This document shows, one piece after another, positions 1 through 11,804 of a stretch of 64,000 bases of DNA. The DNA is from Macrostomum lignano (taxonomy: Eukaryota), in contig NIVC01002775.1 in NCBI GenBank assembly GCA_002269645.1, positions 62,001 to 126,000 of the forward strand, read 5' to 3'. Positions within the stretch are counted from its first letter, which is position 1; each line of letters opens with the position of its first letter. The notes under the pieces are model-generated. The model saw nothing but the letters and a program-made list of their open reading frames with translations, was not told the DNA's origin and did no database searches. The position numbers were made by a program, and so were the translations under genes.

Positions 1-50
1 AGCCCACAAATATATGGCAAAGCTAGACGATACGGTCTGGATTACACCTC

Positions 51-1431
51 TTATTCCTGTCTGCCACTCGGGAGCCAATTCCCAGTGCATGGCGAATCAA
101 GACTTCGTTCTCGAGTCATTACAGGATTTCTATGGAGTAGATGGGGTAGAAGTGGGGTAGATGGGGTAGAAGTGGGGTAGATGGGGTAGAAGTGAGGTAG
201 ATGGGTTAGAATTGGGGTAGATGGGATAAACCTGGAAAAAAGCGAGGAAAGGTCACGGTAGATCCAAGTGATGAGGTTAGGAGTGTTGGGTAAATTACAT
301 ATACAAATTAAATAACCAGTTAAAATTTGGGTTATGATCCAAAGGCATCGATCGAATTCTTGACTACATTCGAGTTAAGCCTCACCCAAAATTGTTTTGC
401 CGCGCTGCAGCTGGTTCTTCGCTCGCCGTGCGGGACCCCGGACTTGAGCAGGTCAAGCGGCTCTCAGTGGCGGCGGCGGCGGCAGCGGCAGTGGCCGAGG
501 ATTCAATGGACGATTCACCACAACTGCTGCAACTTTCCGGATCCGACATCTCTTCGGAGACGAGCACTAAAAAAACCGGTAAAATTAGAATTTAAAAAAT
601 GATTCTAGCTACAGAACAATTCGAACTTCAGTTACCTACAAATGACGATCCATCTAGTCATCTAGTGAGCACCCTGCTGCTTCCATCTAGTCATCTAGTG
701 AGCACCCTGCTGCTTCCATCTAGTCATCTAGTGAGCACCCTGCTGCTTCCATCTAGTCATCTAGTGAGCACCCTGCTGCTTCCATCTAGTCATCTAGTGA
801 GCACCCTGCTGCTTCCATCTAGTCATCTAGTGAGCACCCTGCTGCTTCCATCTAGTCATCTAGTGAGCACCCTGCTGCTTCCATCTAGTCATCTAGTGAG
901 CACCCTGCTGCTTCCATCTAGTCATCTAGTGAGCACCCTGCTGCTTCCATCTAGTCATCTAGTGAGCACCCTGCTGCTTTCATCTAGTCATCTAGTGAGC
1001 ACCCTGCTGCTTCCATCTAGTCATCTAGTGAGCACCCTGCTGCTTCCATCTAGTCATCTAGTGAGCACCCTGCTGCTTTCATCTAGTCATCTAGTGAGCA
1101 CCCTGCTGCTTTCATCTAGTCATCTAGTGAGCACCCTGCTGCTTTCATCTAGTCATCTAGTGAGCACCCTGCTGCTTCCATCTAATGGACATCTGCTCTG
1201 CTTAAGTAGTAAACAGTTGCTACCCACATCCAGAGTCTCGGTCTCCATATCACACTCACACTTAGAAACCTGATCCAAAGGCACGCAAACCTTGCCGATG
1301 TATCTTCCATTTTCGTCTCGAGCATCGTACAGCTCAAATTGAAAATCATTTGTCATCTTTCGAAAGAAACCAGTGTAGGACTGGCTGTCCGAGTCCAGAA
1401 CAACTAGACTGCCTCGCCCTGGTAGCTCCAT
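51..1431 (-). CDS. Putative 3-exon gene (exons 1431-1260, 566-386, 129-51; about 143 aa) with an N-terminal Sm/LSm-like fold and an Ala/Ser-rich tail
   Basis: ATG at 1431. Donor T|GTGAGT at 1260/1259, acceptor TTTTTTAG| at 567, donor GG|GTGAGG at 386/385 and acceptor CCATAG| at 130 are all phase-compatible (1,1; 2,2), ending at TAA 53-51. The N-terminus GSLVVLDSDSQSYTGFF...FQFELYDA...GRYIGKVCVPLDQVSKLLV has Sm-like beta-strand spacing (by eye). The last exon is least certain; the gene may continue off-window. Confidence 0.5.
137..228. repeat. 20-bp tandem repeat (GTAGATGGGGTAGAAGTGGG), about 4.5 copies, intronic
   Basis: Direct inspection. Confidence 0.85.
648..1183. repeat. 33-bp minisatellite (CATCTAGTCATCTAGTGAGCACCCTGCTGCTTC), about 16 copies, intronic
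   Basis: Near-perfect tandem units; explains the PSSHLVSTLLL repeat ORF. Confidence 0.95.
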
Positions 1432-1489
1432 GGTAGGGCATGAAGTTTCATTATTATTAGCAAAATGGGTTATTACGAGTATGAAAATC

Positions 1490-2380
1490 GCCCAGCAACT
1501 GACACTCTGGGAGGCTGGCCCAGCAACTGAGGATCTGGGAGGCTGGCCCAGCAACTGAGGATCTGGGAGGCTGGCCCAGCAACTGAGGATCTGGGAGGCT
1601 GGCCCAGCAACTGAGGATCTGGGAGGCTGGCCCAGCAACTGAGGATCTGGGAGGCTGGCCCAGCAACTGGGGATCTGGGAGGCTGGCCTAGCAACTGAGG
1701 ATCTGGGAGGCTGGCCCAGCAACTGACACTCTGGGAGGCTGGCCGTCAACTTTGGATCTTGGAGGGTGGCCTAGCAACTGGGGATCTGGGAGGCTGGCCC
1801 AGCAACTGAGTATCTGGGAGGCTGGCCTAGCAACTGGGGATCTGGGAGGCTGGCCCAGCAACTGAGTATCTGGGAGGCTGGCCTAGCAACTGAGGATCTG
1901 GGAGGCTGCGCTAACATTTGAGGATCTGGGAGGCTGGCCCAGCAACTGGGGATCTGGGAGGCTGCGCTAGCAACTGAGGATCTTGGAGGGTGGCCTAGCA
2001 ACTGGGGATCTGGGAGGCTGGCCCAGCAACTGACACTCTGGGAGGCTGGCCTAGCAATTGAGGATCTGGGAGGCTGCGCTAGCAACTGAGGATCTGGGAG
2101 GCTGGCCCAGCAACTGGGGATCTGGGAGGCTGCGCTAGCAACTGAGGATCTTGGAGGGTGGCCTAGCAACTGGGGATCTGGGAGGCTGGCCCAGCAACTG
2201 GGGATCTGGGAGGCTGGCCCAGCAACTGGGGATCTGGGAGACTGGCCCAGTAACTGGGGATCTGTGAGGCTGGCCTAGCAACTGGGGGTCCGGGAGGCTG
2301 GCCCAGCAACTGGGAATCTCGGAGGCTGACACAGTAACTGAGGATCTGGGAGGCTGGCCCAGCAACTGTGGATCTGGGAG
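1490..2380. repeat. 28-bp minisatellite (GGATCTGGGAGGCTGGCCCAGCAACTGA), about 30 copies
   Basis: Tandem units with variants; lies between GDPGP1 and the downstream gene's ATG. Confidence 0.95.
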
Positions 2381-2613
2381 CTCAAAGGGTCTGGGTGGCT
2401 AGATGTATATCCGGATATTGAATAAAATAATAAAAACACGGAAATTAAACAAAAGTAGTCACAAAACAGGTAAGTAAAAGTGTATTTATTTAAGCAATAA
2501 ATATTTTACAGTTTCATATCTACGAATAGCAGAAAACTGCTGAATGATAAAAACATGAAAAGTCGGAACTTGTAAGCGCATAGAGATTATGTCGGCACAA
2601 GTTAATTAAGCAT

Positions 2614-5600
2614 TTAACTCTGACACTGGCTCTGCTGCTTTAGAATCTGGCGATAACTTTGCCTCAAATCCTCAAACTGGTCCTCACTAACGGAGCATTT
2701 AGCATAACTAGCCAACACATCCGCCACAGTCAGCTGATCAAAGGTATCAGCGTCTTGCACAATCAACTGGCCGGATAGTTCGGCCACAGCAACGCAATAA
2801 GCAGAATCTAGACAATATCGAGCCGGTTGCCTAGGAAACAAACAGACGCGCAATCTGCCACAGCTGTCACTGTCCGACAGTGTCCGGCCGGCAATTAGAT
2901 TGTGAGGCACATTGGCACGCTGACAAGCAACAACTGCGGACATGACTCGACTATGCAGCAAGTTTACTGAGTCCTGCTCGCCACTATCCAACTCAAACAC
3001 CATAGTCCTGACTGGCATTCTATCCAGAGGAAAAGTGTACAGACCAATATCCGAATCTAATGGGACAATTTCACAGCCGGTTGCTAGGCAAACTGGTTCG
3101 CTGCGCCACAGGTGTAAATGCAAATGATTAACAGATGCATAGGCTAATAAACTATTGAAGCCAAGCCGATACCGAGTGCCCGGTGTTAACAATAACAGGT
3201 GCAAACCCGACATCAAAGCGAACGGTGTCAGGCACTGATTGAGCTGCAGCTCACAGTCTGGAACAATCACATAGTGCTGCCGGTCTATCGGCGATATGTT
3301 CACAAACAGCTGCACCCTGGGCAGAGGTTTCGAACCCCAGGCCTTGTGCCACAATTTCACTGTGATCTCCGTTCGATCAGCTTTGCCAAAATGAAATCCG
3401 GATGGATTAAATGGCGCATTCAATCCATCCACATTGTTGGCATGAACTCGTCTGGTAGCAAATCGACTGGGATTGAAATAAGCAGAAATCTCTTTGTTGA
3501 GTTGACGCGATTTGACATTGTCCGGCTGATAACGGAGCAGGTGCTGGCGGGCCTGAGCAGTTAAGGGTGATAATGTTATTGGTTGAGGATGATTTTTATT
3601 GGTTGACGGTGATTCCTATTGGTGGAATGTTTTCTATTGATTGAGGATGATTTTTATTGGTTGACGGTGATTCCTATTGGTGGAGTGTTTTCTATTGATT
3701 GAGGATGATTTTTATTGGTTAAGGGTGATTCCTACTGGTGGAGAGTGTTTTCTATTGATTGAGGATGATTTTTATTGGTTAAGGGTGATTCCTACTGGTG
3801 GAGAGTGTTTTCTATTGATTGAGGATGATTTTTATTGGTTAAGGGTGATTCCTACTGGTGGAGAGTGTTTTCTATTGATTGAGGATGATTTTTATTGGTT
3901 AAGGGTGATTCCTACTGGTGGAGAGTGTTTTCTATTGATTGAGGATGATTTTTATTGGTTAAGGGTGATTCCTACTGGTGGAGAGTGTTTTCTACTGATT
4001 GAGGATGATTTTTATTGGTTAAGGGTGATTCCTATTGATGGAGTGTTTTCTATCGATTGAGGATGATTTTTATTGGTTAAGGGTGATTCCTACTGGTGGA
4101 GAGTGTTTTCTATTGATTGAGGATGATTTTTATTGGTTAAGGGTGATTCCTACTGGTGGAGAGTGTTTTCTATTGATTGAGGATGATTTTTATTGGTTAA
4201 GGGTGATTCCTACTGGTGGAGAGTGTTTTCTATTGATTGAGGATGATTTTTATTGGTTAAGGGTGATTCCTATTGGTGGAGTGTTTTCTATCGATTGAGG
4301 ATGATTTTTATTGGTTAAGGGTGATTCCTATTGGTGGAGTGTTTTTTATCGATTGAGGATGATTTTTATTGGTTAAGGGTGATTCCTATTGGTGGAGAGT
4401 GTTTTCTATCGATTGAGGATGATTTTTATTGGTTAAGGGTGATTCCTATTGGTGGAGAGTGTTTTCTATCGATTGAGGATGATTTTTATTGGTTAAGGGT
4501 GATTCCTATTGGTGGAGAGTGTTTTCTATTGATTGAGGATGATTTTTATTGGTTGACGGTGATTCCTACTGGTGGAGAGTGTTTTCTATTGATTGAGGAT
4601 GATTTTTATTGGTTGACGGTGATTCCTATTGGTGGAGAGTGTTTTCTTTTGATTGAGGATGATTTTTATTGGTTAAGGGTGATTCCTATTGGTGGAGAGT
4701 GTTTTCTATTGATTAAGGATGATTTTTATTGGTTAAGGGTGATTCCTATTGGTGGAGAGTATTTTCTATTGATTGAGGATGATTTTTATTGGTTAAGGGT
4801 GATTCCTATTGGTGGAGAGTATTTTCTATTGATTGAGGATGATTTTTATTGGTTAAGGGTGATTTCTATTGGTGGAGTGTTTTCTATTGATTGAGGATGA
4901 TTTTTATTGGTTAAGGGTGATTCCTATTGGTGGAGAGTATTTTCTATTGATTGAGGATGATTTTTATTGGTTGACGGTGATTCCTACTGGTGGAGTGTTT
5001 TCTATTGATTGAGGATGATTTTTATTGGTTGAGGGTGATTTGCACTGGTTGTGGGCGATTTCTAATGGTTGAGGGTGATTTTTATTGGTTGAGGGTGACT
5101 TTTATTGGTTGAGGGTGATTTTTATTGGTTGAGGATGATTTTTATTGGTTGAGGGTGACTTTTATTGGTTGAGGGTGACTTTTATTGGTTGAGGGTGATT
5201 TTTATTGGTTGAGGGTGACTTTTATTGGTTGAGGGTGATTTGCACTGGTTGTGGGCGATTTCTAATGGTTGAGGGTGATTTTTATTGGTTGAGGGTGACT
5301 TTTATTGGTTGAGGGTGACTTTTATTGGTTGAGGGTGATTTTTATTGGTTGAGGGTGATTTTTATTGGTTGAGGGTGATTTTTATTGGTTGAGGGTGATT
5401 TGCACTGGTTGTGGGCGATTTTTAATGGTTGAGGGTGATTTTTTTTTGGTTGAGGGTGATTTGCACAGGTTGTGGGCGATTTCTAATGGTTGAAGGTGAT
5501 TTTTATTGGTTGAGGGTGATTTGCACAGGTTGTGGGCGATTTCTAATGGTTGAGGGTGATTTTTATTGGTTGAGGGTGATTTGCACTGGTTGCGGGCGAT

Positions 5601-6196
5601 TTCTAATGGTTGAGGGTGATTTTTATTGATTGAGGATGCTTTTTATTGGTTGAGGGTGATTTTTATTGATTGAGGATGATTTTTATTGGTTGAGAGTGAT
5701 TTGCACTGGTTGTAGGCGATTTCTAATGGTTGAGGGTGATTTTTATTGGTTGAGGTGATATTTATAGCTTCCAGGCGGTTGTTATAGATTTAGTGCGATA
5801 TTTATGTATGTGATTTTTTAGTGCGATTTTGATGGTTTCTTGCGATTTTCAAAGGCTTAGGAAGGTCTCCTATCGTTAAGGCACCTTCTATTGGTTTAGG
5901 GCCAGTTTTTAATCGTTTTAAGTCGATTTTACTGGTTTAGAAAGCAAAAATCTATGTACTTTGTACATGATTTAAGCTAATTTTTAATTTCAATCAACGG
6001 TTCATACTTAGAAAGTGCTGCTTAGAAAATATCTCACCAGCCAGCCCTGTTCCAACAAATTAGGCAGCAATTGCTTCTCAGATTCGGGTACATTATCACT
6101 ATCGGAATTAGAAATCAACAAATCAGCATCTGAGTACACAATAAACGGAGCAGACAGTGCCGAGTTGTCGGGCTCGGCTGTATATTCGATTCGCAT
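2614..6196 (-). CDS. GDPGP1: GDP-D-glucose phosphorylase 1 (VTC2/C15orf58 family, HIT-like); exons 6196-6038 and 3552-2614, about 365 aa
   Basis: Motifs INISPIDRQHYVIVP, GFNSLLAYASVNHLHLH, PHNL and AVAELSG are characteristic of GDPGP1. Exon 1 (PFIVYSDADL...LEQGWL) joins exon 2 (ARQHLLRY) through CTG|GTGAGA and CTCAG|GCC, both phase 0. Confidence 0.9.
3567..5760. repeat. Intronic satellite: 60-bp unit built from 20-bp monomers (TTGGTTGAGGGTGATTTTTA-like)
   Basis: 60-bp periodicity over 3570-5020; mixed 20-bp monomers and a different 60-bp variant over 5020-5760. Confidence 0.95.
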
Positions 6197-6825
6197 TCTT
6201 TTATTTGATGAAGCTGGGTCGATACTAAGCTGAAAGAGTCCAACGGGGGACAGATACATATTGATATGATAAAATATATTCATACACATGACATTCCAAG
6301 CTACGGAGAGTCGCCTCATACTCATACACACGGCATGCACACGCTCACTAAAGGTGTACACACGGATATTGACTTACTAAGACAGAAACAAAGACAGAGA
6401 AAAATGATGTTTTTTTAACAAGCCCTCGATCGAATATATCTTAAGTGAGTCAGATAAAGAATGTACAATTCACAGAGGACAAAAGCAACGTTATGGCAAT
6501 ATGATTACTTCCTTACCGGGTCCTTAACATTTTAATAGTATAGTATATTAGCAATAGTTAACTAGCGTATATAAAGAACTTAAGTAAATATAAAGTACTA
6601 ATACACTTTAACACATCTTTCACATAAGCTACGCACATACTAGCAAATGATAGCATATGAAAATTTGCCACATTCAAGAGAGACTATGAAATGGACATTA
6701 TTGAAGCAATAAGTATTAACAAAAAGAACAATTAATACACCGATTAACAGTATGCATTAATTTAAAACATTAAATCATAAAATATGGTCAATAAACGCAT
6801 TAATAGTTAGTAAAAATTCATTAAT

Positions 6826-7176
6826 TCACTTCTCAGACACGTCCAACGATCGATATGGAACGCCTCGTTCGCTCAGCATTCTCTGCACATGCCTTGGCAA
6901 CGTGCCAGACACAGAAACAGCATAAATGCCCTTTTGAAACTTGGAGATTCTCTGCCATCGAGCTACCCAAGAATCGTCTGGCGACATCAGCCCAATCATG
7001 TCGTCAAAATTTGCCGATGTACAATCGTACACCATGTCCTTGTTGTCCTTCAGGCTGAGGAAATCTTCGCAGTTATCGCAACCGTCCACTTCGAATTGGG
7101 TGAACGTTTTTATTAGGCCGCAAATCATGCAGGCTCGAAGATTGCGCAACTCGTTTGGAACGGTTTCTATGGACAT
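6826..7176 (-). CDS. SUPT4H1: Transcription elongation factor SPT4 (DSIF small subunit), 116 aa, CDS uninterrupted
   Basis: MSIETVPNELRNLRACMICGLIKTFTQFEVDGCDNC...CTS...SWVARWQRI...GIYAVSVSGTLP has the four-Cys Zn finger and SPT4 motifs; acceptor TTGCAG| just upstream of the ATG. Confidence 0.95.
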   Translation of the reverse strand: MSIETVPNELRNLRACMICGLIKTFTQFEVDGCDNCEDFLSLKDNKDMVYDCTSANFDDMIGLMSPDDSWVARWQRISKFQKGIYAVSVSGTLPRHVQRMLSERGVPYRSLDVSEK

Positions 7177-7204
7177 TTTCAGTGCAGCTGCAATGGTATT
7201 GACG

Positions 7205-10200
7205 AATGGACATTGTGTCCGTGATTGTGGCATGTAAGAATGGAAATTGTGTCTTGTGGTATTGGACATTGTGTCCGTGATTGTGGCTACGGGAATGTAC
7301 ATTGTGTCAATGATTGTGGCTATGGGAATGGACATTGTGTCTGTGATTGTGGTTATGGGAATGGACATTGTGTCGGTGATTGTGGCTTGTAAGAATGGAA
7401 ATTGTGTCAGTGATTGTGGCTTGTGGGAATGGACATTGTGTCTGTGATTGTGGCTATGGGAATGGACATTGTGTCTGCGATTGTGGCTATGGGAATGGAC
7501 ATTGTCTGTGATTGTGGCTATGGGAATGGACATTGTGTCTGCGATTGTGGCTATGGGAATGGACATTGTCTGCGATTGTGGCTATGGGAATGGACATTGT
7601 GTCTGCGATTGTGGCTATGGGAATGGACATTGTGTCTGTGATTGTGGCTATGGGAATGGACATTGTGTCTGTGATTGTGGCTATGGGAATGGACATTGTG
7701 TCTGTGATTGTGGCTATGGGAATGGACATTGTGTCTGTGATTGTGGCTATGGGAATGGACATTGTGTCTGCGATTGTGGCTATGGGAATGGACATTGTGT
7801 CTGTGATTGTGGCTATGGGAATGGACATTGTGTCTGTGATTGTGGCTATGGGAATGGACATTGTGTCTGCGATTGTGGCTATGCGAATGGACATTGTCTG
7901 CGATTGTGGCTACTGGAATGGACATTGTGTCTGCGATTGTGGCTATGGGAATGGACATTGTGTCTGTGATTCTGGCTATGGGAATGGACATTGTGTCTGT
8001 GATTGTGGCTATGGGAATGGACATTGTGTCTGTGATTGTGGCTATGGGAATAAACATTGTGTCTGTGATTGTGGCTATGGGAATGGACATTGTGTCTGTG
8101 ATTGTGGCTATGGGAATGGACATTGTGTCTGTGATTGTGGCTATGGGAATGGACATTGTGTCTGTGATTGTGGCTATGGGAATGGACATTTTGTCTGTGA
8201 TTGTGGCTATGGGAATGGACATTGTGTCTGCGATTGTGGCTATGGGAATGGACATTGTGTCCGTGATTGTGGCTATGGGAATGGAAATTGTGTCTGCGAT
8301 TGTGGCTATGGGAATGGACATTGTGTCTGCGATTGTGGCTATGGGAATGGACATTGTGTCAGTGATTGTGGCTTGTGGGAATGGACATTGTGTCTGCGAT
8401 TGTGGCTATGGGAATGGACATTGTGTCTGCGATTGTGGCTATGGGAATGGACATTGTGTCCGTGATTGTGGCTACGGGAATGGACATTGTGTCTGTGATT
8501 GTGGCTATGGGAATGGACATTGTGTCCGTGATTGTGGCTATGGGAATGGAAATTGTGTCTGCGATTGTGGCTATGGGAATGGACATTGTGTCTGTGATTG
8601 TGGCTATGGGAATGGACATTGTGTCCGTGATTGTGGCTATGGGAATGGAAATTGTGTCTGCGATTGTGGCTATGGGAATGGACATTGTGTCTGCGATTGT
8701 GGCTATGGGAATGGACATTGTGTCAGTGATTGTGGCTTGTGGGAATGGACATTGTGTCTGCGATTGTGGCTATGGGAATGGACATTGTGTCTGCGATTGT
8801 GGCTATGGGAATGGACATTGTGTCCGTGATTGTGGCTACGGGAATGGACATTGTGTCTGTGATTGTGGCTATGGGAATGGACATTGTGTCTGTGATTGTG
8901 GCTATGGGAATGGACATTGTGTCTGCGATTGTGGCTATGGGAATGGACATTGTGTCTGCGATTGTGGCTATGGGAATGGACATTGTGTCTGCGATTGTGG
9001 CTATGGGAATGGACATTGTGTCCGTGATTGTGGCTACGGGAATGGACATTGTGTCTGTGATTGTGGCTATGGGAATGGACATTGTGTCTGTGATTGTGGC
9101 TATGGGAATGGACATTGTGTCTGTGATTGTGGCTATGGGAATGGACATTGTGTCTGCGATTGTGGCTATGGGAATGGACATTGTGTCTGCGATTGTGGCT
9201 ATGGGAATGGACATTGTGTCCGTGATTGTGGCTACGGGAATGGACATTGTGTCTGTGATTGTGGCTATGGGAATGGACATTGTGTCTGTGATTGTGGCTA
9301 TGGGAATGGACATTGTGTCCGTGATTGTGGCTACGGGAATGGACATTGTGTCTGTGATTGTGGCTATGGGAATGGACATTGTGTCTGCGATTGTGGCTAT
9401 GGGAATGGACATTGTGTCAGTGATTGTGGCTTGTGGGAATGGACATTGTGTCCGTGATTGTGGCTACGGGAATGGACATTGTGTCTGTGATTGTGGCTAC
9501 GGGAATGGACATTGTGTCCGTGATTGTGGCTATGGGAATGAACATTGTGTCTGTGATTGTGGCTATGGGAATGGACATTGTGTCTGTGATTGTGGCTATG
9601 GGAATGGACATTGTGTCTGTGATTGTGGCTATGGGAATGGACATTGTGTCCGTGATTGTGGCTACGGGAATGGACATTGTGTCTGTGATTGTGGCTATGG
9701 GAATGGACATTGTGTCTGTGATTGTGGCTATGGGAATGGACATTGTGTCCGTGATTGTGGCTACGGGAATGGACATTGTGTCTGTGATTGTGGCTATGGG
9801 AATGGACATTGTGTCTGCGATTGTGGCTATGGGAATGGACATTGTGTCTGTGATTGTGGCTATGGGAATGAACATTGTGTCTGTGATTGTGGCTATGGGA
9901 ATGGACATTGTGTCTGTGATTGTGGCTATGGGAATGGACATTGTGTCTGTGATTGTGGTTATGGGAATGGACATTGTGTCGGTGATTGTGGCTTGTAAGA
10001 ATGGAAATTGTGTCAGTGATTGTGGCTTGTGGGAATGGACATTGTGTCCGTGATTGTGGCTTGTAAGAATGGAAATTGTGTCTGTGATTGTGGCTTGTGG
10101 TATTGGACATTGTATCCGTGATTGTGGCTATGGGAATGGACATTGTGTCTGCGATTGTGGCTATGGGAATAGACATTGTGTCTGTGATTGTGGCTATGGG

Positions 10201-10317
10201 AATGGACATTGTGTCTGTGATTGTGGCTATGGGAATGGACATTGTGTCTGTGATTGTGGCTATGGGAATGGACATTGTGTCTGTGATTGTGGTTATGGGA
10301 ATGGACATTGTGTCTGT
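7205..10317. repeat. 33-bp minisatellite (GATTGTGGCTATGGGAATGGACATTGTGTCTGT), about 94 copies
   Basis: Highly homogeneous tandem array; source of many spurious long ORFs. Confidence 0.97.
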
Positions 10318-10503
10318 GCCTTATAATCTAAAAATTATCTTTGACTTTTGTACATTTCTTAACTGTATAAACTTATGTTCAAATAAGGAAAACATGTAAA
10401 AATTCCCATTTTCAACATTAACGGGAAAGACGCATCAACACAAAATTTATTCAATTATTACATTCTCTTTGACATCAACAGACAGCCAACTGTAACTGTA
10501 GTT

Positions 10504-10787
10504 TTATTTTTTCTGTTCTACAACGCCCGACAATAATGCGACACGTTCCAGTGAATCGGTTGCCATGGAGATGCCGGCATCGCGACGCTCGGGATTAAAC
10601 GCGGCGGTCACCTGTTCTATCAGACGGTGCCGATCATTATTACTTAAAGTAGTAGTAGCATCAGTATTTAACTGCGATGTTTCCATTGTTGATGCCGCTG
10701 CATTATTGCGCTGAGCATAGAACGCGTAGAGCTCCGTGTTGCACGAGTTGGTCCGTTCCACAGCATCTTTTACTTGGCTGCTAATCT
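10504..10787 (-). CDS. Putative terminal coding exon of an unknown protein (ISSQVKDAVERTNSCNTELYAFYAQR...VEQKK*)
   Basis: Acceptor CATTCCCAACAG| at 10788, GC-richer coding-like composition, AATAAA at 10451-10446 downstream; no recognisable family. Confidence 0.3.
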
Positions 10788-11687
10788 GTTGGGAATGAAC
10801 AGCAAGGCATTTAATTGGTCCAAACAACAAACATACTTTGGGGGGATGTGTAGCTCAGTCATACATGCGCAACACCCGGCCGAGCCGGCGAAGGGCCCAG
10901 CCAAGGTAAGTCGCAAAAATGCCTACCCCAAAAGTACAGACGTCGTACTAATTAGATGACGAGGTATTTAACTCTAATAATAAAGTCATAATTACTCCTG
11001 CCGTTTACCCAGAATTACAATAATTTCTGTTCATTTTTTTATTGGTAAGTCTCATATATGAGCTCAGTGATTGATGTGTCTAAGTCTAGCATCACCGGCA
11101 TCACAGTGCAGCAGAGCCATCCAGCCACGAACGTGCAGGTAACATAAGTAAAATAGGGAAAAAAGTGACTCTAGACAACTTTAAAACGACGAGATGTCAC
11201 GGAACAAGTCGACAAAAAGTTGTCAAATTTGAGGCCTTTTATTGTCTGCGACTCAGAAACGGCTCTGGGTGGCGTTAGAGTTGCTTAAGAATCACTGAGT
11301 TGCGGCTAAAGCGCATCTGTGTCCCTTTATCAAATCAGAATTACATAGTGCAATTCAAAAAACTCTATTTAGTCTACTTGAATAAGTAGAAAGTTAACAC
11401 GACTTTTGGAAGACTTTTTCATGACTCATACAATTCTGCAACTCATGTGATGCGCACTTGTGACTCAACAATAGCAATTATGTCGCATTGTAGTCGTTTG
11501 AGTGGTTAAAAAGTCGCTTAAATCACCAGCGAGTTTGCAATGACTCTAGTAGTAACGCTTTTAATGACCTGCCAATGGGAATGTCAGGACCGCTGTACAC
11601 ACGGTGAGTATATATGCCTGATGTATCCCTGCACATGTCTGTGTGTCTGGGGTCAACAGATTGGGTATTATCAGCTAGAAAACACAC

Positions 11688-11804
11688 CTGTTTTTTGTTG
11701 ACTCTCTTTCCAATTATCTTTTTATCTTTTGTCGCTTTGGTCTTGCTAGATCCATTAGCATGTTGATGCTGCACTGATTTCTGTTTTCCATTTTGTTTGC
11801 CCAT
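11688..11804 (-). CDS. Putative first coding exon (MGKQNGKQKS...RVNKKQ, Lys-rich, 39 aa)
   Basis: Acceptor CCTTTTAG| about 20 nt upstream of the ATG; phase-0 donor CAG|GTGTGT; downstream exons not resolved. Confidence 0.3.

Noticed and set aside
7414-10399. Long ORFs such as (CDCGYGNGHCV)n, (MSIPIATITDT)n and His-rich repeats, resembling metallothionein or structural proteins
   Set aside because: They are translations of a 33-bp satellite that is open in several frames on both strands, with no unique N- or C-terminal coding context; the SPT4 ATG and acceptor lie downstream of the array.
10837-10947. Possible selenoprotein exon with an in-frame TGA (YDVCTFGVGIFATYLGWALRRLGRVLRMYD*ATHPPK)
   Set aside because: No SECIS-like element was seen downstream of 10504, there is no resemblance to a selenoprotein family I recognise, and exon status is unproven.
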